Shown: positions 50,289 through 60,347 of the stretch, piece after piece | Layout of the letters: each line of letters begins with the position of its first letter | Position numbering within the stretch: position 1 is the stretch's first letter | Assembly (NCBI GenBank): GCA_977020255.1 | Contig: CDROCS010002469.1 | Location: 372,001-436,000, forward strand | Direction: 5' to 3' | DNA length: 64,000 nucleotides | Origin: Obrimoposthia wandeli | Lineage: Eukaryota | The notes under the pieces: model-generated | What the model saw: the letters and a program-made list of their open reading frames with translations, nothing else | Databases searched by the model: none | Told to the model about the DNA's origin: nothing | Position numbers and translations under genes: made by a program

Positions 50289-51668
50289 ATGATGAATCCC
50301 AGAGATGTTAAAACGATCCAAGATGCAAAACGCATAGTAGAAGAGCGTGGCCTTAAACATGTAAAAGTTGGCCTGTTTGATATAGATGGCGTGATGCGCG
50401 GCAAATATATGAATAAGGAAAAATTCTTTTCTAGCTTAGATAAAGGGTTTGCGTTTTGCGATGTGGTATTGGGTTGGGATTCCAATGATCAACTATATGA
50501 AGATGCTGGTATTAAATATACGGGGTGGCACACTGGTTATCCAGATGCCCCTGTAAGAGTAATACCGCAAACATGCAGAGATATTCCCTATGAGCCTGGT
50601 ATGTTGTTATTTGTCTGTGAATTTACCGACGAAGCCAGCAAAATTTGCCCACGTAATACTCTTAAACGTATCTTGACTAAAGCTTCTGATATGGGCTTTG
50701 ATGTGAACTCTGCTTTTGAATATGAGTTCTTCTTATTCAATGAAACACCAAAATCAGTGCGCGAAAAGAATTACAAAAATTTAGAGACGATTACTCCCGG
50801 TAATTACGGCTACTCAATGCTCAGAAGCTCTACTCATTCTGATCTTTATCATAGCATTATGAAACTCTCTGAAGAGATGGATTTTCCTATTGAAGGTTTG
50901 CATACTGAAACGGGTCCAGGTGTGATGGAAGCAGCATTGGCTGTGTGTAATGCCAGCGATGCTGCAGATAAAGCTGCTTTATTTAAAACCTTTACTAAAA
51001 TTTGGGCGCAAAAAAACGACATCATGGCCACTTTTATGGCTAAATGGTCTAATGATTATCCGGGCCAATCTGGGCACATACATGTTTCATTAGATCACAA
51101 AGATGGCTCAGGCTCTGCTTTTCATGATCCACAAAAAACGCATAATATGAGCGATACTCAGCGACATTTTCTAGCGGGCTTACAACATTTGATGCCTGAA
51201 TTATTAGCCATGATGGCGCAAAGCGTTAATTCTTACTCTCGTTTAATCCCTGGTTTTTGGGCGCCGACTGACGCCACTTGGGGGGTAGAAAACCGTACGA
51301 CAGCATTAAGAATCATTCCAGGATCAAGTAAATCACAGCGCATAGAGTTTCGCTTAGGGTCAGCAGATGCTAACCCTTACATTGCTCTCGCGGCTGTATT
51401 AGGCGCTGGATTGTATGGTATTGAACATAAACTAGAGCCACATGCGCAAGTTAAAGGTAATGCATACGAGCAGAAACATGACAGAGCGCTATCATTACCG
51501 CAATCACTATCTGCTGCTGCTTTTGCTCTGGAAAAATCAGATGCCGCTAGATCTTTATTTGGAGATGAGTTTGTTGACCATTACGCCGCCACTAGAGCGT
51601 GGGAGCAGCGCGAATTCAATAAGCACATTACCGATTGGGAACTAGCTCGCTATTTTGAGATCATCTAA
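50289..51668 (+). CDS. Glutamine-synthetase-like gamma-glutamyl-amine ligase
   Basis: GS fold motifs EYEFF, HTETGPG..E, GHIH, WGVENRT and RIEFR. The flap reads PGFWAP instead of PGYEAP. Confidence 0.85.
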   Translation: MMNPRDVKTIQDAKRIVEERGLKHVKVGLFDIDGVMRGKYMNKEKFFSSLDKGFAFCDVVLGWDSNDQLYEDAGIKYTGWHTGYPDAPVRVIPQTCRDIPYEPGMLLFVCEFTDEASKICPRNTLKRILTKASDMGFDVNSAFEYEFFLFNETPKSVREKNYKNLETITPGNYGYSMLRSSTHSDLYHSIMKLSEEMDFPIEGLHTETGPGVMEAALAVCNASDAADKAALFKTFTKIWAQKNDIMATFMAKWSNDYPGQSGHIHVSLDHKDGSGSAFHDPQKTHNMSDTQRHFLAGLQHLMPELLAMMAQSVNSYSRLIPGFWAPTDATWGVENRTTALRIIPGSSKSQRIEFRLGSADANPYIALAAVLGAGLYGIEHKLEPHAQVKGNAYEQKHDRALSLPQSLSAAAFALEKSDAARSLFGDEFVDHYAATRAWEQREFNKHITDWELARYFEII

Positions 51669-51692
51669 TATATCAATTATACCACTTGTGTT

Positions 51693-51722
51693 TATGTGAA
51701 AGGTCACTTGGTCTTTCACATA
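51693..51722 (+). terminator. Intercistronic stem-loop after the ligase gene
   Basis: TATGTGAAAG...CTTTCACATA, a 10-bp perfect stem extendable with G-U pairs. Confidence 0.5.
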
Positions 51723-51772
51723 ACCTTAATCGCATAAATAATACTATTAACGACAACAAGTAGACAAAAACT

Positions 51773-53161
51773 ATGAGCAATATACAAACCACCATCTCGC
51801 CTATCGATGGATCAACTTATGTAACTCGCGAACAGGCAACTAGTGAACAGATTAACAACTGTATTGATGCTAGTGCTAGCGCACAAAAAAAATGGAAAAC
51901 CACGCCTGTTTCACAACGTGCTGCATTGTGTAACAAAATGGTTGATGCTTTTGTCGCAAAAAAAGAAGCGATAGGCGAAGAACTCGGTTGGATGATGGGT
52001 CGCCCTGTTCGCTACGGTCAAGGTGAAGTAGCAGGCATGGAAGAACGTGCCCGCCATATGATCAATATTGCTGATAGCGCACTTGCTACTGTTAAGCTAG
52101 AAGAAAAAGAAGGCTTCATTCGCTATATTAAACGTGAAGCATTAGGGGTCGTTTTTGTTATAGCCCCTTGGAACTTCCCTTACTTAACCGCTATCAACGC
52201 TATTATGCCGGCTCTAATGGCGGGTAATACGGTTATTTTAAAGCACTCTGCGCAAACACCTTTATGCGCTGAGCGTTTAGCACAAGCATTTGAAGAAGCA
52301 GGACTACCTGAAGGCGTGTTCCAATATCTACACTTATCACATGCTGACACTGCAAATGTTATCCAAAATCCACACATCGCGCATGTATGCTTCACCGGTT
52401 CTGTAGATGCAGGTGCTAGTATTGAAAAGTCTGCCGCGGGTCGGTTCATCGGTTTAGGCTTAGAACTTGGTGGAAAAGATCCCGCTTACATTCGTGCTGA
52501 CGTTAATCTTGATGAAGCAGTAGAAACTGTCATAGACGGTGCTTTTTTCAATTCAGGACAATCTTGCTGTGGAATAGAGCGCATTTATGTCGATGCGAGT
52601 ATTCACGATGCCTTTATTGAAAAAGCGGCAGCGATTATCAACCAATACAAATTAGGCCCTGCAAATGATCCTGAAACAACATTAGGACCAATGGTTAAAG
52701 CCGCTGCAGCTGATTTCGTACGCTCACAAGTAAGCGATGCAATTGCACAAGGTGCTCAAAGCCACATTGATGCCAGCTTGTTTCCAATGAGTAAAACAGG
52801 TTCCGCTTATTTAGCTCCACAATTACTATCTAACGTTAACCATGATATGCGCGTTATGACAGAAGAATCTTTCGGCCCTGTTGTGGGTGTATACAAAGTA
52901 GAATCTGATGCACAAGCAATAGCGTTGATGAATGATTCAGAGTTTGGTTTAACCGCTTCAATTTTTACTAAAGATATTGAGCGTGGCATTGAACTGGGTG
53001 ATCAGTTAGAAACAGGTACTTTCTTTATTAACCGCTGTGACTACCTTGATCCTGCGCTAGCATGGACTGGCGTTAAAAATTCTGGCCGTGGCTGCACTTT
53101 ATCAAGTATGGGTTATGAACAACTAACGCGCCCTAAATCATTCCACATTAAAACCATTTAA
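51773..53161 (+). CDS. NAD(P)-dependent aldehyde dehydrogenase
   Basis: Motifs PWNFP, FTGSV, LELGGKDP (Glu), GQSCCGIE (Cys) and EESFGP. Confidence 0.93.
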   Translation: MSNIQTTISPIDGSTYVTREQATSEQINNCIDASASAQKKWKTTPVSQRAALCNKMVDAFVAKKEAIGEELGWMMGRPVRYGQGEVAGMEERARHMINIADSALATVKLEEKEGFIRYIKREALGVVFVIAPWNFPYLTAINAIMPALMAGNTVILKHSAQTPLCAERLAQAFEEAGLPEGVFQYLHLSHADTANVIQNPHIAHVCFTGSVDAGASIEKSAAGRFIGLGLELGGKDPAYIRADVNLDEAVETVIDGAFFNSGQSCCGIERIYVDASIHDAFIEKAAAIINQYKLGPANDPETTLGPMVKAAAADFVRSQVSDAIAQGAQSHIDASLFPMSKTGSAYLAPQLLSNVNHDMRVMTEESFGPVVGVYKVESDAQAIALMNDSEFGLTASIFTKDIERGIELGDQLETGTFFINRCDYLDPALAWTGVKNSGRGCTLSSMGYEQLTRPKSFHIKTI

Positions 53162-53206
53162 CACTTACAAAATCGTGTTGGTTTTTAAATAAAGTGGCAA
53201 GCGAAT

Positions 53207-53237
53207 AGCAGAGTTCAATTTAAACTCTGCTGGTTTT
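53207..53237 (+). terminator. Intercistronic terminator-like hairpin
   Basis: AGCAGAGTT (loop) AACTCTGCT followed by GGTTTTT. Confidence 0.55.
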
Positions 53238-53363
53238 TATAATTTCATTAATATTTGCATTATCAAACCAAAACACCACTGATTTATCAATCAACATTCA
53301 TTTAGTTTAAACAGCTTCACTGCTTATATCTTGGGCTGTTTAATTTAATTACAGGAGCTATTT

Positions 53364-54533
53364 ATGTCTTATCAAAATCTATCCGGAAACTGGAATTACC
53401 CAAATAACTTGCGCACAGGTGCTGGTCGTATCAGTGAATTAGCACAGTGCTGTAAAGAGTTAGGTATGTCATCCCCTTTGCTTATCACCGATTCTGGTTT
53501 AGCGGGCTTAGACATGGTTAAAGACGCCGTAAAAAGCTGTATTGACGCCGATTTAAGCTGCGCTATTTTTAGCCAAATTAAGAGTAATCCTAACGGTGAA
53601 AATGTTATGGATGGTGTTGCCGCTTATCATGCTGGTAATCATGATGGCGTGATTGCCTTTGGTGGTGGATCTGGTTTAGACGCTGCCAAAGCGATTGCAC
53701 TAATGGTTGGACAAGAACTTCCTCTTTGGGATTTTGAAGATGTAGGGGATAACTATTTAAGAGTCATCGAAGCGGGTGTTGCACCTATTGTTGCTGTCCC
53801 GACTACTGCAGGCACCGGCTCTGAAGTAGGCAGAGCTTCTGTCATTACTGATGAAAGTGCACATGTGAAGCGCATCATCTTCCATCCATTAATGCTACCT
53901 TCCATTGTTATTTTAGATCCACAATTAACCGTAGGCCTACCCCCTCACATTACTGCAGCTACCGGTATGGATGCGCTTTCTCATAACCTTGAGGCACTGT
54001 GCTCTCCTTTTTATCACCCTTTAGCTGAAGGAATTGCGGTTGAAGGCATTCGATTAGTTAAAGAATATTTGCCTAGCGCAGTAAGCAATGGCGCTGATTT
54101 AGAGGCGAGAACGCAAATGTTAGTCGCTTCAACAATGGGCGCCACAGCTTTTCAAAAAGGCTTGGGGGGCATGCACGCACTAGCACATCCTTTAGGTGCA
54201 TTATACGATGCCCATCACGGCTTATTAAACGCTATTTTAATGCCATATGTTTTAAAAGCGAATCAAGTTGCTATCACTGAACGTATAGAGCGTGTCGCAC
54301 GTTACATCGGATTAGAAGATAGCTCTTTTGATGGTTTTTTAAACTGGGTATTAGAGATGCGTAGCAGCTTAAATATACCTCACACTCTAGCTGAAATTAA
54401 TATTGACGATAGTCAGCAATCTCTTGTTGCTGTGATGGCAACTGAAGATCCATCTGCCGGCGGCAACCCAACCAAATTCACTATTGATCAGTACCAGCAG
54501 TTATTTATTAATGCGGTCAAGGGGAATCTTTAA
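53364..54533 (+). CDS. Iron-containing alcohol dehydrogenase
   Basis: Motifs GGGSGLDAAK and PTTAGTGSE; metal ligands in DALSH, HALAH and HHGLLN. Confidence 0.93.
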   Translation: MSYQNLSGNWNYPNNLRTGAGRISELAQCCKELGMSSPLLITDSGLAGLDMVKDAVKSCIDADLSCAIFSQIKSNPNGENVMDGVAAYHAGNHDGVIAFGGGSGLDAAKAIALMVGQELPLWDFEDVGDNYLRVIEAGVAPIVAVPTTAGTGSEVGRASVITDESAHVKRIIFHPLMLPSIVILDPQLTVGLPPHITAATGMDALSHNLEALCSPFYHPLAEGIAVEGIRLVKEYLPSAVSNGADLEARTQMLVASTMGATAFQKGLGGMHALAHPLGALYDAHHGLLNAILMPYVLKANQVAITERIERVARYIGLEDSSFDGFLNWVLEMRSSLNIPHTLAEINIDDSQQSLVAVMATEDPSAGGNPTKFTIDQYQQLFINAVKGNL

Positions 54534-54583
54534 CAGTATTTTTAAGCCCTTTGCAGGTTCAATGATTTAGATACATCTTAGAT

Positions 54584-54606
54584 GAGCTTCTAGTGTTTAG
54601 AAGCTC
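54584..54606 (+). terminator. Intercistronic hairpin after the Fe-ADH gene
   Basis: GAGCTTCTA-GTGTT-TAGAAGCTC followed by TTTAT. Confidence 0.45.
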
Positions 54607-54667
54607 TTTATAAATAGCAAAAGATTTAAACTGTTGCTATTTTCTTAGCTTAAAGTGAATGTAAAAG

Positions 54668-55384
54668 ATGCGTATTGGCATATTAATATGTGATCAAGTT
54701 CGGCCTGAATTTCGCGAACTATTTGACGATTACCCAATCATGCTCCAAAAAATGATGTTAAAGGTAGATCAGCAGTTAGCGTTTAGCTTTTATCGCGCAG
54801 TAGATGGTCATCTACCTGAATCGATAGATGAATGTGATGTGTATCTCACCACTGGCAGCAAACACAGTGTGAACGACAATTTAGAGTGGATTAAAAACTT
54901 GCTGGCTTTTATCGTAAAAATAGATCACAGCAAAAGGAAGTTAGTTGGAATTTGCTTCGGCCACCAGCTAATTGCAAAAGCGCTCGGTGGATCAGTGTCC
55001 ACATCCACTAGAGGATGGGGTATTGGCGTTGCTTTTAATCAAGTTATTAACGTGCAATCATGGATGACAGATGGCAACAATGACATACCAGCAAGCTTAG
55101 ATATCGTGGTCAGTCATAAAGAGCAAATAGATGAGCTTCCTGCAAACACTAAAGTGGTGGCTAATAGTCAATTTTGCCCTAATTTTATGATTCAAGTTGA
55201 GTCGCATATACTCGGTGTTCAAGGGCATCCTGAATTCTCAAAAGAATATTCAAGAGCGTTAACCAATTCACGATTAGATATCATTCCTGCCAACCGTGTT
55301 CGCGAGGGTTTTAATTCATTAAATGCTTCTATCGATGATATGAAATTAGCCCGCTGGATACTTAACTTCTTTAAAGGATTATAA
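54668..55384 (+). CDS. Class I glutamine amidotransferase-like hydrolase (probable gamma-glutamyl amide hydrolase)
   Basis: Cys-His-Glu triad in GICFGHQ and QGHPEF; stand-alone, with no synthetase domain. Confidence 0.85.
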   Translation: MRIGILICDQVRPEFRELFDDYPIMLQKMMLKVDQQLAFSFYRAVDGHLPESIDECDVYLTTGSKHSVNDNLEWIKNLLAFIVKIDHSKRKLVGICFGHQLIAKALGGSVSTSTRGWGIGVAFNQVINVQSWMTDGNNDIPASLDIVVSHKEQIDELPANTKVVANSQFCPNFMIQVESHILGVQGHPEFSKEYSRALTNSRLDIIPANRVREGFNSLNASIDDMKLARWILNFFKGL

Positions 55385-55404
55385 CGCTCATGCACTGAGC
55401 GATA

Positions 55405-56358
55405 TCACACTCCTACTTTTATATCAGAGGCTAGCCAGGGAAAATCTGCAGTAACAACATCCACATAGCTTTCAGAGAGAATTCGCCTACAATCTCTAGC
55501 AATAGCACCGGGTAAATCACCCAGCTCATTTTCCCTACTCACTAAGCTAATTTGCCGATCAAACTTATCAGTAAGAGGTAAAAGCTGAACTTGATGCTGC
55601 CGAATGCCACTTTGAAATAAGCACAGCGGTGTGGTTATCGTACAGCCAATCCCAGAACCTACCGCTGATACAACCGCAAAAGAATTATCCAATTGTAAGT
55701 GTGATATAGGATCTAATTGATTACGTCTTAAATACCGTTCTATTTGCTGCCCGATTAAAGTACCCGATGAGTAACGAATTAAGCTCAGCCTCTTCAATAT
55801 AGTTTCAATATCAGTAGGCCCTTTATAATCATTGGGCACAGCAAGTACAAATGGCTCTTTTAATATTCTATGACGCAACAACCCTGAGTAATCATCTAAC
55901 GGATCATCAGAAATAGTAATATCCACTTGCTTAGATAACAACATGTGCGAGTGTAAGTGTGATTGACCAGAAACAACACTCCAACTCTGGGTGCGATTCT
56001 TAATCACATCAATTAATGGTTTTCCGACCGCGGTGATAATAGAGTCAACTAAAGCGACTTTCACATGCCGCAACAGTTTAAAATCGGCTTTGCGCATGTC
56101 TAAGCTTGTCATCTCTGCGGCGGCTAAGATCCCTTGCGCCCTATCATAAAAAAAACGCCCTGCAGTCGTTACCGCCATAGGGCGCACACTTCTGTCCATT
56201 AACTGGTTTCCAAGAGATTCTTCTAATTGAGCGAGAATTTGCGAAACTGATGATTGGCTCAAAGCTAACCTTTTTGCAGCTTCTGTCAGGTTTCCTGTTT
56301 CTACTACCAATACAAAAGCGCTTAACGTTTTTAGCTCAAAGCCAAAAGATGAAGACAT
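55405..56358 (-). CDS. LysR family transcriptional regulator
   Basis: N-terminal HTH GNLTEAAKRLALSQSSVSQ..LEESLG.QLMDRS with a LysR substrate domain. Confidence 0.92.
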   Translation of the reverse strand: MSSSFGFELKTLSAFVLVVETGNLTEAAKRLALSQSSVSQILAQLEESLGNQLMDRSVRPMAVTTAGRFFYDRAQGILAAAEMTSLDMRKADFKLLRHVKVALVDSIITAVGKPLIDVIKNRTQSWSVVSGQSHLHSHMLLSKQVDITISDDPLDDYSGLLRHRILKEPFVLAVPNDYKGPTDIETILKRLSLIRYSSGTLIGQQIERYLRRNQLDPISHLQLDNSFAVVSAVGSGIGCTITTPLCLFQSGIRQHQVQLLPLTDKFDRQISLVSRENELGDLPGAIARDCRRILSESYVDVVTADFPWLASDIKVGV

Positions 56359-56422
56359 TACGGGTCCTTATTAATTAGAAAGTCACTCAGAGATTTAGAC
56401 ACCCAAAAGAGCAAGCTTGCGA

Positions 56423-58432
56423 TTATGACATACTGACCACTGCATCGTCAGTATCATGTTTACTCTCTTTAAAAACAGGTGCGACTAAGGGTAATTCGAT
56501 ACTAAATACAGTACTTACCGCCACTTGCGATTCTACCCAAATACGTCCACCTAAAATACTCGCAACGATGTTGTGCACGATGTTTAGGCCAAGGCCTGTT
56601 CCACCAGAACCTCTTTTTGTGGTGAAAAACGGTTCAAATATTTTATCAATATTTGCATCGGGAATGCCCTTGCCGTTATCAGTAAAGGTTATTTTTACAC
56701 TCACTTTATCTATCGATGCAACTTCAATACAAATATTACCCTTATCTTCTTGTCCATAACCGTGAGCCAATGCATTAGTCGTCAAATTAGTAATGACTTG
56801 CGCAAGAGAGCCCGGATAGCTGTCAAGATAGATGCCTTGAGGTATTTTTTCTTCTATTTGATGTTGCTTGTAGGTCGGCGCTAGAGTGGCGAGTAATTCG
56901 CTAACCATGATTTTTAAATCAAATTTTCTACGCGTAGAACTAACTTGATCAGCAGATACTTGCTTAAAGTTTTGCACTAATACGGCAGCTGTTTCTAAAG
57001 TTCTTCCCATCAAAACAGTTGCTTGAGCTACTCTAGAAACGAAATAATCCAATGTTTTTTTGGTTAATTTCCCCTCTTTCAATAAGTCGTTAATTTTTTC
57101 AACTTCAATTTCTAGTACTGAGTTAACAGTCACGCTGATACCGATAGGTGTATTAATTTCATGCGCGACACCGGCTACTAAGCGCCCTAAAGAAGCTAAT
57201 TTCTCAGTCTCTACTAGCGATTGCTGAGCATATTTCAAATCTTCAAAAGCCACCGCTAGCTTAGTATTACTTTCTTCCAAGCTTTCGGTGCGTTTAATCA
57301 CTTTCTCTTCAAGTTGATTATTTAAGACCGTTAATTGCAATTCGGCTGTTTTAAGCTGCGTAACATCCTGCCCGAAACCTATCATAAAACGAATCACGCC
57401 CCCATCGAAAAAAGGCGCAAAGCTCCAAATTAAAGTGTTATTTCTACCTGTACTGCTATTTAATTTCAACTCTATACTTTCTATAGATTGATGTCTTTTT
57501 AAGGCTTTTTTAAGTTCACTTTGCCTGTCTTGTGGTACAAAAATTGAAATCCAATCTTCGCCAATAAAATTATCAATGGTTAAGCCACTTAATTCAGCCC
57601 CTGCTGCATTAGAAGAATCTATGGTTAAATCACTATTTAAACAGCAAATAATGGTACTCGAATAGTTGATCACTGTTTTTGAAAAATCTCGCTCATAAGA
57701 CAGTTTTTCATTTACGATCTTTCTTGCATTAAATTCAGATGCTGTTTTAGCTCTGGCAAAATTAAATGCATCTGTTAGCTCATCAAGCTCATTATCTTGC
57801 TTACGCTCAACGCGCCCATCAAGCATCAAAGGTTTTTCTAAACCATCTGGAGTTGCGGTACGAATATACTCAACCATTTTCACTAAATGGCGAATAACAA
57901 CTTGATGAACCAACCCTAAGATAACAATAGATAATAACAGCGATATGATAATTTGGCTGATAACGACATAGATAACTTTATCTATAATACGATCATGAAC
58001 ACCTTCTAAACTGGCAAATATTTCGAGAAGGCCAACTTCTGTCCCTTGATACTCTAAAGCAAAAACTCGACCAAAAGATTCATCTTGGGGCAACACGCCT
58101 ACTTCGGACAATACATGATTGACGTTCTCGATTGTCTCTCGAATACGTACATATTGGATATCTGGAAACTCCAAAATGCCATCGACCTGCACTGCAATTT
58201 GCGCTTCGTTTAAATTCCAAACACTTACCGCAACCGATTGCCCAAAGCTGGTATAAATATTATCAATGTTTTCAAGGATTTGAGCACGATCAGCTAAGTA
58301 CTCACGATTAAGACTAAAACCTGAAGTCACTAGGGCGAACAAAAAATTACATATGATAATAAAAAACAATAAACGGTACGACAATCCCTGCTTGGGAATT
58401 AAGTGACTAGATAGCTTTCTTACTCTTTGCAT
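56423..58432 (-). CDS. Sensor histidine kinase (2 TM, HAMP-like, PAS, HisKA, HATPase)
   Basis: H-box VAHEINTPIG, N-box NLTTNA, and G-boxes DNGKGI, FEPFFTTK and GTGLGL. PAS region present. Confidence 0.92.
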   Translation of the reverse strand: MQRVRKLSSHLIPKQGLSYRLLFFIIICNFLFALVTSGFSLNREYLADRAQILENIDNIYTSFGQSVAVSVWNLNEAQIAVQVDGILEFPDIQYVRIRETIENVNHVLSEVGVLPQDESFGRVFALEYQGTEVGLLEIFASLEGVHDRIIDKVIYVVISQIIISLLLSIVILGLVHQVVIRHLVKMVEYIRTATPDGLEKPLMLDGRVERKQDNELDELTDAFNFARAKTASEFNARKIVNEKLSYERDFSKTVINYSSTIICCLNSDLTIDSSNAAGAELSGLTIDNFIGEDWISIFVPQDRQSELKKALKRHQSIESIELKLNSSTGRNNTLIWSFAPFFDGGVIRFMIGFGQDVTQLKTAELQLTVLNNQLEEKVIKRTESLEESNTKLAVAFEDLKYAQQSLVETEKLASLGRLVAGVAHEINTPIGISVTVNSVLEIEVEKINDLLKEGKLTKKTLDYFVSRVAQATVLMGRTLETAAVLVQNFKQVSADQVSSTRRKFDLKIMVSELLATLAPTYKQHQIEEKIPQGIYLDSYPGSLAQVITNLTTNALAHGYGQEDKGNICIEVASIDKVSVKITFTDNGKGIPDANIDKIFEPFFTTKRGSGGTGLGLNIVHNIVASILGGRIWVESQVAVSTVFSIELPLVAPVFKESKHDTDDAVVSMS

Positions 58433-59054
58433 ATTCTATTCTCTCGTTAAATCACCACCACATAAAAACGCACGGAAATGGAAATTGCCTAAACTTAATA
58501 ATAACATACAGAAGAATAATTTAATGGACTGATATTTCACAAAAATACTGGAATAAAAAACAACTAAACCCACTACCACGTAGAGGACCGTATGTAACAC
58601 ACAACATTAATGAGCTCTGGATCACAAATCATCAGGTTTAAGAACAATGTTAAAAAAAATTAGTACTTATGCTATGAAGCTAAATGTTCCTAAAACTTTA
58701 TCGGCATACACATAAGATTTGATCTTAACCGATGATCACTTCCTGACACTTACAAAAAGTAGCTACTGCACTTAGCGGGCCGATGTATAAAAAAGAAGAT
58801 GTTTAAATTATCAAAACGTTCAGCCATTCACTATTATAAGTTGTTTATAATCTACTTCAGCTTAAGTGTTTCACAACCTTTATTAATGAACAGATCTATA
58901 ATAAGCTTCACAGGCCTGAATGTAAGAATAAACCAAGTTGGAATTCTGATCTTACTCGAGCCTAATTTAGCTCATATCGATAAGGGTTATTACCCTCTCA
59001 AATCTAGGTATCTATATAATAATAGATTAATTTCAATTAGCTCTCTTAACGTTA

Positions 59055-59468
59055 CTAGACATCTACTTTTTTCCTCAATACTTTCGATGCTCCACGTTTT
59101 GTTTTACTATCGACTCGACGACGTTGAGAGCCTTTGGTCGGTTTGGTTGCTCTTCGAGTTTTCTGTATCGCTGCAGCAGATATAATTAATTCCTTCAATC
59201 GCTCTAAAGCGGCCTCTTTGTTTTGTAACTGAGTTCGAAATTGCTGCGACTTTATGATGATTACACCTTCTGAGGTAATTCGGCTATCAGCAAGTTTAAG
59301 CAACCTCTCTTTATAGAATACGGGTAAAGATGACCGCTTGATATCAAAACGAAGGTGAATGGCAGTCGCAACTTTATTGACATTCTGCCCGCCATTACCT
59401 GCAGATCTTATCGCGTTAAATTCGATTTCCCAATCAGAAATAGTTATGGCGTTTGAAATTGATAGCAT
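59055..59468 (-). CDS. arfB: Alternative ribosome rescue factor ArfB (YaeJ)
   Basis: GNGGQNVNKV (GGQ), RTQLQNK and a basic C-tail TKPTKGSQRRRVDSK. Confidence 0.95.
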   Translation of the reverse strand: MLSISNAITISDWEIEFNAIRSAGNGGQNVNKVATAIHLRFDIKRSSLPVFYKERLLKLADSRITSEGVIIIKSQQFRTQLQNKEAALERLKELIISAAAIQKTRRATKPTKGSQRRRVDSKTKRGASKVLRKKVDV

Positions 59469-59711
59469 GGTGATGCCTATTTACCTTGAAGTCGTTTTGA
59501 TAATTTAATCACTCAATTTACCATTAAGTGTCAATGGGGCTAAGGATAGCAAATAAACTATCTTCGACATACTTGATAGTCATGTGCTGTACTGCCCAGC
59601 TCCTATTTTGCGGATATATATTTAGAGAGAGCATATTTTACCTGAAGCTTCTCTATCAGTTCTTTTTGCATATACTGATAAAAATTTCGATTAATAACAC
59701 TGACAGCGCTG

Positions 59712-60347
59712 TTAAACGGGGAAGATTGTACCTTTTTGCGCACTCTCCCAAGGATCATATTTTCGCATAATCCCTTGAAAAATTGGGCTGTTAATCAATA
59801 CAGTTACCCAAGCTTGCACGTTTACAAACTCTGATTGGAAGAACCAGTTTCTATCCACATGTGCGAATTGGCGAATAAAAGGAAAAATAGCGGCATCAGC
59901 TAAGCGCATTTCCTGGGCAAACATAAAAGTATTTGTGCTGAGCTGCAGCTCTAATTTCTGCAAAAACTCACAGCACTGCTCTCTATAATACAACATAGAA
60001 TGTTCAGGGTGGCGATCTGCATATTTGTATTTATCCAAGCAAGCTTTAAACTTTAAGTCACATTCAGTTATCCATATCATTTGTAGGTCTTTTTTAGCTA
60101 ACCAGCCTTGAGTATCTCTTTGCGCTAAAGCCCAAAACATAATATCTAAGCTTTCATCAATAATGCCTGCAGAACCAAGATCAAGCACAGGCACTGTCGC
60201 TTTTGGTGAAATATCAAGAAGCTGCTGTGGCTTATTTTTCAAAACAACTTCCCTTAACTCTACCTGTGTATCAGTGTAGTAAATTGCTAGCCTTGCTCGC
60301 ATAGCAAAAGGGCAACGGCGAAAACTGTAAAGTATAGGATTAGGCAT
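59712..60347 (-). CDS. Glutathione S-transferase family protein
   Basis: Motifs LYSFRRCPFAMRARLA, SPKATVPVL, IDESLDIM and LADAAIFPFIRQFA. ATG overlaps the BatD stop (TAATG). Confidence 0.9.
   Translation of the reverse strand: MPNPILYSFRRCPFAMRARLAIYYTDTQVELREVVLKNKPQQLLDISPKATVPVLDLGSAGIIDESLDIMFWALAQRDTQGWLAKKDLQMIWITECDLKFKACLDKYKYADRHPEHSMLYYREQCCEFLQKLELQLSTNTFMFAQEMRLADAAIFPFIRQFAHVDRNWFFQSEFVNVQAWVTVLINSPIFQGIMRKYDPWESAQKGTIFPV

Noticed and set aside
50289-51668. Calling it glnA (true glutamine synthetase)
   Set aside because: The flap Glu is replaced by Trp, there is no ntrB/ntrC context, and the neighbours are catabolic dehydrogenases.
58799-59185. 128-aa plus-strand ORF
   Set aside because: It overlaps arfB antisense, has no SD or recognisable motif, and its composition is typical of AT-rich non-coding DNA.
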